Origin: Felis catus
Lineage: Eukaryota
Assembly: GCF_018350175.1 (NCBI RefSeq)
Contig: NC_058369.1
Location: 27,034,001-27,098,000, forward strand
Length of the DNA stretch: 64,000 nt
Direction: 5' to 3'
In this document: one piece after another, positions 63,621 to 64,000 of the stretch
How positions within the stretch are numbered: position 1 is the stretch's first letter
How the letters are laid out: every line of letters starts with the position of its first letter
The notes under the pieces: model-generated
The model's input: only the letters and a program-made list of their open reading frames with translations
Database searches by the model: none
Told to the model about the DNA's origin: nothing
Translations under genes and position numbers: made by a program

Positions 63621-64000
63621 GGTGATGACTATATTGGTGATCATGAGTTATGGATGACAAATGCATCCCATCCCATAGATAACAAGGAAGACTTCCTGCA
63701 CAGATGCGCATCGCAGGAGGTGGAAGGGGGAACACTGGGCTTGAAGGCAGGTTGGTGAGGAATGGGGATCCTTTTAAGTCAGACCTTGTAAACCTATGCT
63801 ATGTGTAAGGTTTGAGCTGCTTTCATGACCTCATTCTCTGTGAACTTTGGCGATAAATCAGTGGCTCCTGTGTAGAGTCTCTGGGAGCATCTGTCACCCT
63901 GAGAAAGGCAGGAAAGAGATCTGATCCTAGAGTCCGCGTCTTTTTTAAAGAAGGATATAATGCTCTGACACACAGCGTAATATTTGCTCTTAGTTGGAGG

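Noticed and set aside
1..64000. CRISPR arrays, prokaryotic operons, NUMT, protein-coding processed pseudogene, ERV coding genes
   Set aside because: No repeat-spacer periodicity or recognisable homology seen by eye. A highly decayed copy could be missed without a BLAST search.

Overview
Mammalian non-coding genomic DNA from a carnivore, most likely a felid. A young SINEC_Fc-type Can-SINE at 60929 points to Felis or a close relative. No cellular protein-coding exon can be supported: the ORF track consists of L1 fragments, antisense-L1 frames, repeats and chance ORFs. The window holds a near-full-length, inactivated carnivore L1 on the minus strand (~26440-33159, with 5'UTR, ORF1 and ORF2), ten Can-SINEs, many ancient eutherian repeats (MIR, L2, L3/CR1, MLT1, LTR16, MER5A, MER58A, MER82, MER3, MER53- and MER117-like) and microsatellites. 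Most notable: a 3'-truncated U4 snRNA retrocopy with a perfect TSD (2440-2502); a strong minus-strand bias of L1-driven insertions (13 of 14), suggesting the window lies in a long plus-strand intron; a candidate recursive splice site, Py-tract-CAG|GTAAGT, at 57557-57565; a 38-bp templated duplication with iterated partial copies (48058-48123 vs 49325-49362); several nested-transposon stacks; and repeat-free, motif-dense blocks that may be enhancers. Repeat family names come from recalled consensus sequences, not from a database search, and boundaries of old elements are approximate.
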